Positions 27,904 to 35,526 of a DNA stretch of 64,000 nucleotides are shown piece after piece (within the stretch, counting starts at the first letter, position 1; the number at the start of each line of letters is the position of its first letter). Position numbers and translations under genes: made by a program. The stretch lies in contig CAVQPQ010000006.1 of NCBI GenBank assembly GCA_963714695.1, positions 321,971 to 385,970 on the forward strand, written 5' to 3'. This stretch comes from an uncultured Verrucomicrobiae bacterium (GTDB taxonomy: Bacteria > Verrucomicrobiota > Verrucomicrobiia > Limisphaerales > UBA11358). The notes under the pieces are model-generated. The model saw nothing but the letters and a program-made list of their open reading frames with translations. It was not told the DNA's origin and ran no database searches.

Positions 27904-29108
27904 ACAATTTCGACCGGGAATTGACTGAACGACTTGAAGCCTTGAGTGCACAAGGCTTGCGCCGCGAACTGCGCCGTGTGGATTCGCCAACCGGCACGCG
28001 CATCCAAATCGGCTGCCGGATGCTGCTGAATTTTTCATCCAACGATTATCTCGGCCTTGCCAACGATCCAGTTTTAAAAGATGCGGCAATCAAAGCCGTG
28101 GAAAAATTCGGCGCTGGTGCCGGCGCGTCCCGGTTGATTTGTGGTTCGCTCGCGCCGCATCATAAACTGGAAGAGGCCCTCGCCAGTTTCAAAAACGCCG
28201 ATGCCGCGCTGAGTTTCTCGACCGGCTACGCCACCGCCATTGGTACCATCTGCGCGTTGCTCGGCAAAGATGACGTGATTGTCTTGGACAAACTCGTTCA
28301 CGCCTGCATCGTGGACGCCGCCCGGCTCAGCGGCGCGAAAATCCGTGTCTTCGCCCACAACGATTTGGATGACCTGGAGAAAATTCTCCGTTGGAGTTCA
28401 ACCTTTAGGCTGCCTGTCAACACGCTGAAGCGTGAACTCCAACCACCGCGCACGCTCATCGTAACTGAAAGTATTTTTTCGATGGACGGCGATGTTGCGC
28501 CATTGCGCGAAATCGTGGCGCTCAAGGAAAAATACGGCGCGTGGCTGATGGTGGACGAGGCGCACGCCACCGGGCTTTACGGAAAAAACCGTCGCGGCCT
28601 GACGGAAGAATCCGGCGTGAGCGGCCAGATCGAAGTTCAAATGGGGACGCTGGGCAAGGCGGTGGGGGCTTCGGGCGGTTACATTTGCGGCTCGCGTCCA
28701 TTGATTGATTTTCTCATCAACCGCGCCCGCAGTTTCATTTTCAGCACCGCGCCCGTCCCGGCCGCCGCCGCCGCCGCCACCGCCGGCATTCGCCTTATTC
28801 AATCGAAAGCTGGAGCCGACCGCCGGGACAGACTTTTTGAGCGTATCAACGAATTGAATCCGCAATCCGCAATCCGCAATCCGCGATTAAAGAGCGCCAT
28901 CATCCCGGTTCTAATCGGCGACGAATCTAAAGCGGTTGCGGCTTCCGCCGCGTTGCGCGAGCGGGACATTTTTGTTCCCGCGATTCGTTATCCGACCGTG
29001 GCCCGTGGCAAGGCGCGTTTGCGTGTAACCGTGACCGCTAACCACACAACCGAAGAGATCAAACTGCTCGCCGCCACGCTGAACGAAATCGTAAATCGTA
29101 AATCGTAA
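27900..29108 (+). CDS. bioF: 8-amino-7-oxononanoate synthase
   Basis: LNFSSNDYLGL and the SMDGD...DEAHATG...GTLGKA PLP-lysine region. GTG 27900 overlaps the upstream stop (GTGA) and gives an N-terminal length like known BioF. ATG 27876 is the alternative start. Confidence 0.85.
   Translation: MNNFDRELTERLEALSAQGLRRELRRVDSPTGTRIQIGCRMLLNFSSNDYLGLANDPVLKDAAIKAVEKFGAGAGASRLICGSLAPHHKLEEALASFKNADAALSFSTGYATAIGTICALLGKDDVIVLDKLVHACIVDAARLSGAKIRVFAHNDLDDLEKILRWSSTFRLPVNTLKRELQPPRTLIVTESIFSMDGDVAPLREIVALKEKYGAWLMVDEAHATGLYGKNRRGLTEESGVSGQIEVQMGTLGKAVGASGGYICGSRPLIDFLINRARSFIFSTAPVPAAAAAATAGIRLIQSKAGADRRDRLFERINELNPQSAIRNPRLKSAIIPVLIGDESKAVAASAALRERDIFVPAIRYPTVARGKARLRVTVTANHTTEEIKLLAATLNEIVNRKS
28392..28441 (+). 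repeat. palindromic element, family A, in frame in bioF
   Basis: TGGAGTTCA...TGAACTCCA. Translated as WSSTFRLPVNTLKRELQ. Confidence 0.85.
28857..28884 (+). repeat. (AATCCGC)x4 tandem heptamer array inside bioF
   Basis: Four perfect units followed by GATTAA. Translated as NPQSAIRNPR. A related array lies at 29422-29442 in bioA. Confidence 0.85.
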
Positions 29109-29113
29109 ATCAA
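29086..29113 (+). repeat. (AAATCGT)x3 + AAATCAA heptamer array spanning the bioF stop codon
   Basis: Encodes the last residues (EIVNRKS*) of BioF. Inverted counterpart at 31127-31154. Confidence 0.85.
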
Positions 29114-29121
29114 AAACCGAG

Positions 29122-30648
29122 ATGCACCCGCTCGCCAAACTTGATCATGAGTTCGTCTGGCATCCCTTTACCCAGATGCGCGACTGGCTGAAGCGCGATC
29201 CGGTGGTCATTGTCGCGGGCAAAGGCGCGGTTTTGCGCGACGTGCATGGACGTGAATATCTCGATGCAAATTCTTCCATCTGGACGAATCTGCACGGCCA
29301 TAATCATCCGAAGATCAACACCGCCATCCAGCGGCAACTTAAAAAAATCGCACACTCCTCGGCACTCGGCTTGGCAAATGAACCAGCGAGCCTGTTGGCG
29401 GAAAAACTGCTCCGGGCAGCCAATCCGCAATCCGCAACTCCGATTAATCGCGAGCACGCGACGAAAGTCGGTGTCGAGAATCGCAAATTCACAAAAGTAT
29501 TTTTCAGCGATGATGGTTCGACGGCACTCGAAGTAGCCCTCAAGCTCGCCTACGAATTTACGCGGCGCACCCGGAGTGGGGACAACCGGCCCGCAAGTCG
29601 CCGTCGAAGCGAACCACGTTTTTTCTCCCTCGAACGCGCGTATCACGGCGACACTGTCGGCGCGGTTTCGGTTGGCCACATAGATTTGTTTCACAAAAGT
29701 TATTCCGGTTTGCTGTTCAAGACGGACAAGGTCATGTCGCCATATTGCTATCGGTGTCCGTTCAATCGCGCAAAGCCGGAGCGCGCCGACGCCCGTGAAT
29801 ATCGCAAATGCGACTGGGAATGCGTTGGCTTGGTGGAAAAGAAATTCGCCGCGCAAAAACGAAAGGGAAATTCCTACGCGGCGTTCGTCTTCGAGCCGTT
29901 GATTCAAGGCGCTGCCGGAATGATCCCGCAGCCGTCCGGCTGGCTGCGGCGGGCAACCGAAATCGCCCGCGGCCACGGCGCGCTGCTCATCGCGGACGAA
30001 GTCATGACCGGATTTGGCAGAGTAGGACAGACATCTTGCCTGTCTCCATCTTCAAAACAAATTAGAGACAGGTTGGAAGCCTGTCCTACGTTGTTTGCCT
30101 GTCAGCATGAAAATGTGCAGCCGGATTTTCTGTGCCTGGCCAAGGGCCTGACCGGCGGTTACCTGCCCATGGCGGCGACCTTGACGACGCAAAAAGTATT
30201 CGATGCCTTTCTGGGCGAATACGGCGAATTTAAAACCTTTTTCCACGGCCACAGTTACACGGCCAATCAGCTCGGCGCGGCGGCGGCACTGGCGAGCCTG
30301 GATATTTTGCAAAACGACAAATCCATTCGCACGCGGAAAAATCTCGAAAAGAATTTGCACGACGAATTGCAGACGCTCTGGTCGTTGCCCAACGTCGGCG
30401 ACATCCGGCAGGTTGGTTTGATTGCCGGCATCGAGCTGGTGAGGAACTGGCGGACGCGCGAGCCGTTTGATTTGCGCGAACGCGCGGGCATTCGCGTTTG
30501 CGAGGCAATGGCGCGGCGCGGCGTGCTCACGCGGCCCGTTGGCAACGTCATCGTGCTGATGCCGCCCTATTGTACGACGCCAACGCAAGTTGGGAGGATG
30601 GTGCGCGTCGTTTTTGATTCAATCCGCGAAGTTTTTGGCCGCCGGTAG
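29122..30648 (+). CDS. bioA: adenosylmethionine-8-amino-7-oxononanoate aminotransferase
   Basis: 508 aa, class-III aminotransferase motifs (ADEVMTGFGR, CLAKGLTGG). About 70-80 aa longer than typical BioA because of repeat-derived insertions. Confidence 0.9.
   Translation: MHPLAKLDHEFVWHPFTQMRDWLKRDPVVIVAGKGAVLRDVHGREYLDANSSIWTNLHGHNHPKINTAIQRQLKKIAHSSALGLANEPASLLAEKLLRAANPQSATPINREHATKVGVENRKFTKVFFSDDGSTALEVALKLAYEFTRRTRSGDNRPASRRRSEPRFFSLERAYHGDTVGAVSVGHIDLFHKSYSGLLFKTDKVMSPYCYRCPFNRAKPERADAREYRKCDWECVGLVEKKFAAQKRKGNSYAAFVFEPLIQGAAGMIPQPSGWLRRATEIARGHGALLIADEVMTGFGRVGQTSCLSPSSKQIRDRLEACPTLFACQHENVQPDFLCLAKGLTGGYLPMAATLTTQKVFDAFLGEYGEFKTFFHGHSYTANQLGAAAALASLDILQNDKSIRTRKNLEKNLHDELQTLWSLPNVGDIRQVGLIAGIELVRNWRTREPFDLRERAGIRVCEAMARRGVLTRPVGNVIVLMPPYCTTPTQVGRMVRVVFDSIREVFGRR
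29422..29442 (+). repeat. AATCCGC AATCCGC AACTCCG heptamer array inside bioA
   Basis: Followed by ATTAATCG, as in the bioF copy. Translated as NPQSATP. Confidence 0.8.
30022..30089 (+). repeat. palindromic element, family B, in frame in bioA
   Basis: GTAGGACAGACATCTTGCCTGTCTCCATCTTCAAAACAAATTAGAGACAGGTTGGAAGCCTGTCCTAC. Translated as VGQTSCLSPSSKQIRDRLEACPT, between GFGR and LFAC. Confidence 0.9.
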
Positions 30649-30705
30649 GGACGCACTTGCCGCCCGCCCAGGCTGACCGGCAGGTCGGCCCTGCCAAAAA
30701 ACGGT

Positions 30706-31119
30706 TCAAATTTTTGTTTCCGCGAGTTCGAGCAAACGCGCGAACTGTTCACGCGTGACTGGGGAAACCGATAACCGCGATTGTTTAACCAGCTTCATCT
30801 CTTGCAGAATTGTGTCGGCCTTGATCTGCGCCAGCGTCACCGGCCTGGCCAGGGCTTTGACTGTTACAAGGTCCACGGCCAACCAGTCGCCCTCGTCCGC
30901 TGTCGGGTCGGGATAAAATTCCTTGTCCACGCGCGCGATGCCAACGACGGATTTTTCCCCGCCACTGTGATAAAAGAGGATGGAGTCGCCGGCCTTCATC
31001 GCGCGGAGGTTGTTGCGCGCCGCGAAATTTCGCACCCCCATCCAGACCGTATGGCCGTCCTTTACAAACGCCCGCCACGAGTAGGCTACAGGTTCCGATT
31101 TCACCAGCCAGTGGTTCAT
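30706..31119 (-). CDS. EVE (PUA-like, DUF55) domain protein
   Basis: 137 aa. HWLVKSEP...W.GVRN..ARNNLR.M..GD..LFYHS is typical of EVE domains. Confidence 0.8.
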   Translation of the reverse strand: MNHWLVKSEPVAYSWRAFVKDGHTVWMGVRNFAARNNLRAMKAGDSILFYHSGGEKSVVGIARVDKEFYPDPTADEGDWLAVDLVTVKALARPVTLAQIKADTILQEMKLVKQSRLSVSPVTREQFARLLELAETKI

Positions 31120-31126
31120 GTAAATT

Positions 31127-31154
31127 ATTTGCGATTTGCGATTTGCGATTTACG
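31127..31154 (+). repeat. (ATTTGCG)x3 + ATTTACG heptamer array
   Basis: Inverted complement (with A/G differences) of the AAATCGT array at 29086-29113. Sits in the 43-nt divergent gap between the EVE gene and yggS. Confidence 0.85.
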
Positions 31155-31162
31155 ATAACAGC

Positions 31163-31870
31163 ATGAATTTGGCCGACAATCTCGAAAAAGTCCAACAACG
31201 CATTCGCGCCGCGTGTGACCGCGCCGACCGCGAACCAAATTCCGTCACGTTGCTGGCAGTTTCCAAGACGCATCCACCCGAGACCATCAAGGCCGCGGCT
31301 GATTGCGGCCAGGTCTTTTTCGGTGAAAACAAGGTTCAGGAAGCGAAGGCGAAAATCCCGCTGTGTCCGGGCAAATTACGCTGGCATTTCATCGGCCATT
31401 TGCAGTCGAACAAATGCCGCGACGCGGTCGAGCTGTTTGAAATGATTCAGAGCGTGGATAGCCTGTCGCTCGCGCAGGAAATCAACAAACGCGCCGAACA
31501 GGCGGCGAAGCGGATGCCGGTCCTGTTGGAAGTGAACGTGGCGGGCGAAGCGAGCAAGTTCGGTTACCAACCCGAAAGATTGCTGGCAGAACTCAAAGAA
31601 CTCAATGCGCTGCCACGGCTGGAAATTCACGGTTTGATGACCGTTCCGCCGTGGTCGCCGGAAGCGGAAGCCTCGCGTCCACACTTTCGCCGGCTGCGTG
31701 AACTAAAGGAACGCGCCGGGCAGGTGCTCGGCGCTCCGCTGTCGCATCTGAGCATGGGCATGAGCGGCGATTTTGAGATCGCGATTGAGGAGGGCGCGAC
31801 GATAGTGCGCGTTGGCAGCGCTTTATTTGGGCCGCGCACGAAGGCCAAGCCGCGCGCGGAAGAAAACTGA
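31163..31870 (+). CDS. yggS: YggS-family pyridoxal-phosphate homeostasis protein
   Basis: LLAVSKT (PLP lysine), HFIGHLQSNK and SMGMSGD motifs. The internal Met at 31163 is preferred over the ORF-track start at 31136, which lies in the repeat. Confidence 0.9.
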   Translation: MNLADNLEKVQQRIRAACDRADREPNSVTLLAVSKTHPPETIKAAADCGQVFFGENKVQEAKAKIPLCPGKLRWHFIGHLQSNKCRDAVELFEMIQSVDSLSLAQEINKRAEQAAKRMPVLLEVNVAGEASKFGYQPERLLAELKELNALPRLEIHGLMTVPPWSPEAEASRPHFRRLRELKERAGQVLGAPLSHLSMGMSGDFEIAIEEGATIVRVGSALFGPRTKAKPRAEEN

Positions 31871-31908
31871 ATTTTGATGCAATTTTCCGCGGATGCCTTA
31901 CGTTAGCT

Positions 31909-32238
31909 GTGATGACCATTGATTCATTCAAACGCGAAATTGCCACCGCCGTCAAAACCTACGACAAATTCGTGGTCTGCTTGGAAAAAACGCCGGTGGA
32001 TTTTGAAGTGTCGCTGACCTCCCTGATGGGGAAGGCGATCAAGGCCTATGAAAGCCGCGGGCCGGGTCTGCGCCACGGCATCGCGCTGGACAATCAGGTG
32101 ACGATTATTTTGAGCCAGGGCGACGAGGCGCGCCCGTTGTGCGGCATTTATTTCAACCTCCATTCGCCCTACCAGAATAACGCATTGCCCAAAACGGTGA
32201 AACCATTAACCGAGAAGGCGCAGAAGGCGGAAGACTGA
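31909..32238 (+). CDS. hypothetical protein
   Basis: 109-aa ORF downstream of yggS on the same strand. No recognisable domain. Confidence 0.4.
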   Translation: MMTIDSFKREIATAVKTYDKFVVCLEKTPVDFEVSLTSLMGKAIKAYESRGPGLRHGIALDNQVTIILSQGDEARPLCGIYFNLHSPYQNNALPKTVKPLTEKAQKAED

Positions 32239-32246
32239 ATTTTGAA

Positions 32247-32323
32247 GGAGCCGAGGCGACGAGGCTGATTTTGGTAGAAAACCAGAATTGTTCCAGAACA
32301 AAGCCTCCTTACGTCGCTCCTAC
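32247..32323. repeat. palindromic element, family C (long-loop copy)
   Basis: AGGAGCCGAGGCGACGAGGC ... GCCTCCTTACGTCGCTCCTAC. Intergenic. Confidence 0.7.
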
Positions 32324-32329
32324 AGGAAA

Positions 32330-32689
32330 TCATTGATCGCGCACTTCGTCACCGACCTGGGCTTCGCCGGTAACCAGATCGGCGACGGTGTTGTTGTCAC
32401 GCTGCGGGCCGGTGATTTTGACTTCGCCAGCTTTCATGCCGTCGCGATACAGAAAAAGACTTTGCTCCTGTTTTGGCATCTGGCCGGGGGGGAAACTCAG
32501 CACTACAAAACGTCCGGCGGCATTGTATGAAACCACCCTGGCGGTGAGTGAATTGTCCGGAGTGACAATGGTCTGCGGCACAACGGCGACGGGTGTGGCG
32601 GGTTTGGCGTTGGGCGCGGGCTGGTGATACGCACAACCGGCTGCCAGCATTCCAACTATGACCAGTGTAAACGGTGTGAGCGATTTCAT
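32330..32689 (-). CDS. putative lipoprotein
   Basis: 119 aa, signal peptide with lipobox (MLAAGC). Confidence 0.5.
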   Translation of the reverse strand: MKSLTPFTLVIVGMLAAGCAYHQPAPNAKPATPVAVVPQTIVTPDNSLTARVVSYNAAGRFVVLSFPPGQMPKQEQSLFLYRDGMKAGEVKITGPQRDNNTVADLVTGEAQVGDEVRDQ

Positions 32690-32737
32690 GGAGACAGTTA
32701 AGCGCGTGCCGGCGCTCAGGTCAATTCACGATTCTGA

Positions 32738-32817
32738 CTTGGGAGCGCTGCCGTCCCGGCTGCGAGTTGATAGATGGACTTTTCGAGAGTTGCCGGCGGG
32801 ACGCCGGCGCTCCCAGG
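32738..32817. repeat. palindromic element, family E
   Basis: CTTGGGAGCGCTGCCGTCCCGGC ... GCCGGCGGGACGCCGGCGCTCCCAGG. Same architecture as 2273-2350. Confidence 0.8.
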
Positions 32818-33204
32818 TTATTCCGTGATTACGGTGTCGTCGTGCTCGTAGGCCGGCGCGCAGCAGCACAGCAACCGCAACGGTTCGGCGCCGGTGTTCC
32901 ACAGCTTGTGTTTGCATCCCGGCGCTATGGCGATGGCGTCGCCAGGTTTCACGTCACGCGTTTCGCCGGCGATGCGGATCCGCCCCGCGCCATGCGTGAT
33001 GTAATAAATCTCCTCGGTCTGGACGTGATAATGTTCCTGAGTGCTCGTGCCGACCGGAACGCGTGCCTCGGCCAGGCTTTGGTTGCGGATAATGGAATTG
33101 CGATGCGCCAGCAATTCACGGATTTCCGAGCCGTCCTTCGTGATGAACGACGGCGCTTCATTGAGATTTTTGATGTCCATGCGTTTAAATGAGTATGCAT
33201 TCAT
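32818..33204 (-). CDS. cupin domain protein
   Basis: 128 aa, cupin motifs (HYH...E.YY...G.G, PG..H...N.G). Confidence 0.75.
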   Translation of the reverse strand: MNAYSFKRMDIKNLNEAPSFITKDGSEIRELLAHRNSIIRNQSLAEARVPVGTSTQEHYHVQTEEIYYITHGAGRIRIAGETRDVKPGDAIAIAPGCKHKLWNTGAEPLRLLCCCAPAYEHDDTVITE

Positions 33205-33225
33205 ACCGCGAAACCTGCGAAGAAA

Positions 33226-33357
33226 AATGACTAAATCCTAAATCCGAATGACGAAAGAAATCCCAATGACCGAATAACGAATTAATCGTCCGGGGAAATG
33301 ATTTGTCATTGGGATTTCGTCATTCTTTAGTCATTTGGCCTTCGTCATTAGTCATTT
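33226..33357. repeat. long imperfect hairpin element, family G (GTCATT/AATGAC-rich)
   Basis: AATGACGAAAGAAATCCCAATGAC pairs with GTCATTGGGATTTCGTCATT, with further AATGAC / GTCATT units at both ends. Related copies at 49413-49546 and 50141-50254. Confidence 0.85.
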
Positions 33358-33363
33358 CCCCTC

Positions 33364-34284
33364 TCAAAACCCCTCCGGCACTCCAAATATTTTTGCCCAA
33401 TTGGCCTGGCCCAGCACCACCCCGATGATGATCAAAGCCATGGCCGTCCAAAACGTGGGCGTGACCGGCTCCTGCAAAAAGAACCACGCCCAGCCCATCG
33501 TGCTCAACGGAATGAGATTGTTGAACAGCATGACCTGGCTCGTGCGCCAATGCCGGAGCGCGTCATTCCAGAGCGCATAGGCAATCACGCCGCCGAACAC
33601 GATGCAAAACGCCAGCACACCCAGAATTCCGCCGGTGATGGGAATGCCGCGCGTGAAATAAATCTCGGCCAGCCCAAACGGCATGAGCGCAATCCCCGAC
33701 ATCCACATCGTGTGCGCCGCGACCTCCGCCCCGCTCAAAGTGGCGCTGAGAATTCGCATTTGATGGCTGAATGTCGCCCACAAAATGCTCGCGGCCAGTC
33801 CAAGAAACTCGCCGAACAGGTCCATTTTTGCCGTTTGCAGCGCCGGCCAGAACAAAACCAGCACGCCGGCCAGCGCGAGCAACGCCGCTCCGTAACGCCG
33901 CGCACTGGCCCACGTCCGCTGCGGCCGTTCTTCCCACAACAACGTCCACACGGGCGACGCGCCGAGATACAACGCCACGTGCGAAGCGGCGGTCAGGCGC
34001 AAGGCCCAGTTAAAGGCGACGATATATATCGACAGACACAACCCACCGCGCCACCACAACTGCCGGCGCAGTCCGGAGGTCAACGGGCGATATTCACCGA
34101 GCCACGAAGTGAAGCGCAGCACCGCCAGCAAAAGCAGCCCGGCCAGGAGAAAGCGGATGCCGCCGGTCCAGATGGGCGGCCACGCGGCAACCAGCCACTT
34201 GGTCCCCGCGTTATTGCCGCCCCACAGAAAAATCACGAACAGCAAGCTGGCGGCGGTAACAGCGTTATTTTTTGGATGCGACAC
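33364..34284 (-). CDS. DMT-superfamily (EamA-like) transporter
   Basis: 306 aa, about ten TM helices in two EamA-type halves. Confidence 0.85.
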   Translation of the reverse strand: MSHPKNNAVTAASLLFVIFLWGGNNAGTKWLVAAWPPIWTGGIRFLLAGLLLLAVLRFTSWLGEYRPLTSGLRRQLWWRGGLCLSIYIVAFNWALRLTAASHVALYLGASPVWTLLWEERPQRTWASARRYGAALLALAGVLVLFWPALQTAKMDLFGEFLGLAASILWATFSHQMRILSATLSGAEVAAHTMWMSGIALMPFGLAEIYFTRGIPITGGILGVLAFCIVFGGVIAYALWNDALRHWRTSQVMLFNNLIPLSTMGWAWFFLQEPVTPTFWTAMALIIIGVVLGQANWAKIFGVPEGF

Positions 34285-34404
34285 CCGGCGAGTAAGCCAA
34301 TGCGCAGGCGCGTTGCCAATAAAATTTATTCCAGCAGGTGGGGCGAGACTACTAGTGAGCCGTAATCACTCGATTTGGCAAAGGCGCTTCGAAAACTTCA
34401 AATT

Positions 34405-34867
34405 TTACTTGAACACCTGTTTCTCATTATCGAAAAAAACATCCTTTCCCTTTACCTCAACTTTATTAAACAAATTTGTTTCTTGCTCCATTTTTGTGTA
34501 TTTTAGAATGAAGACTGCATTTTGGGGATATTCCGGCAAATCCCATTGAGCAGCGCGCAAAAAAAAATGCGATATTTTTATTATTCCCAACACCAAGTGA
34601 TATTTCTTTGGCATATGGAGAACCCACAATTAGCCCCAAAAGCCCCCTAATTAGTCCTGGGTGCGATTGCTCAATGGCTTGAATGCTATTGGCGACTGGG
34701 ACATATTTTAGCTTGAGGAAAATTCGCGTGTGACTCCAATGCACGTTTTGAACCGTTACGCGGCTTGTGTCGGAGATGGGAAATATTTCAACAACTACTC
34801 GTGAGTATAGACCATTTATTAATGATTCAACATCAATGTCGGCCAATAGAGATTGATTCCGCGACAA
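34405..34867 (-). other. AT-rich islet with two overlapping ORFs joined through an A9/T9 homopolymer
   Basis: ORFs 34466-34867 and 34405-34629 (different frames) both cross the A9 run at 34559-34567. Loss of one A/T would fuse them. The only Met start of the longer ORF lies inside the IS fragment, so the gene may be 5'-truncated. Confidence 0.3.
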
Positions 34868-34967
34868 TTTGAGGCGGATTTCTTTGAGAATCGAGATGGA
34901 AAATGAAAAATCGGTTTAAGAATTTCGGGCGTTGGTTTGGCCAGGACGCTGGCTGTCCCACAGGATC
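34834..34967 (-). mobile_element. solo terminal fragment of the IS4-family element
   Basis: 134 nt matching 7253-7386 with one mismatch. Begins exactly at the IS terminus and stops abruptly at the rhodanese ATG. Confidence 0.9.
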
Positions 34968-35340
34968 ATGGATCATTCACCCGGTTTTCTGAATCTGGTC
35001 AACGACGCCAAACGGCGCGTCAACGAAGTCAGCGTGGCCGAGGCGCGCGCCCCGCCTAGCCGCCAATCGCAAGGCCGTGCTGCTGGACGTGCGCGAGGAC
35101 AACGAATGGCTGTCGGGCCATGCCGCCGAGGCCGTGCACTTGGGCAAGGGAATTCTGGAACGCGATCTGGAGAAGCTGTATCCCGACCCGAAGACGGAAA
35201 TTATCATGTATTGCGACGGCGGCTTCCGGTCGGCGCTCACGTGCGATGCGGCGCAGAAGATGGGTTATCGCAACGTCCACTCGCTCATCGGCGGTTACAA
35301 AGGGCTGGTGACCGCCGGCTGGCCGATGAAAAGCGGGTGA
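34968..35340 (+). pseudogene. rhodanese-domain gene with an apparent +1 frameshift
   Basis: Frame 1 gives MDHSPGFLNLVNDAKRRVNEVSVAEARA. A second frame continues RLAANRKAVLLDVREDNEW...CDGGFRS... The switch is at GCCCCGCC (about 35050-35056), where one C fewer would restore a single ORF. Confidence 0.65.
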
Positions 35341-35526
35341 CAGGGCGTGAACCGGACTTTTCGGGTGCAGCCGCGACATCATGTCAACGATGTCCATGCC
35401 TCGTGCCGTGAGGGCGATCCTAAACATCAACTCCACTGAAAACACAGCGAAACCACGGCCCAAGTTGCCGCTTGTGTTCGCCAGCCGCCATTCGCCAAGA
35501 TTCGCGCCAATCAAACGTTACCGGTT

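Noticed and set aside
30022-30089. Ribosomal bypassing (T4 gene 60-like hop) or RNA excision of the in-frame palindromic elements
   Set aside because: None of the genic copies contains a stop codon in the host frame, and no matching take-off/landing codons with an adjacent stop were seen. Plain translation is the simpler reading. It is kept only as a testable alternative in the findings.
31909-32238. SepF/YlmF-like cell-division protein downstream of yggS (ylm-cluster logic)
   Set aside because: The translated sequence does not match the conserved SepF C-terminal domain pattern as I recall it, so it is left as hypothetical.
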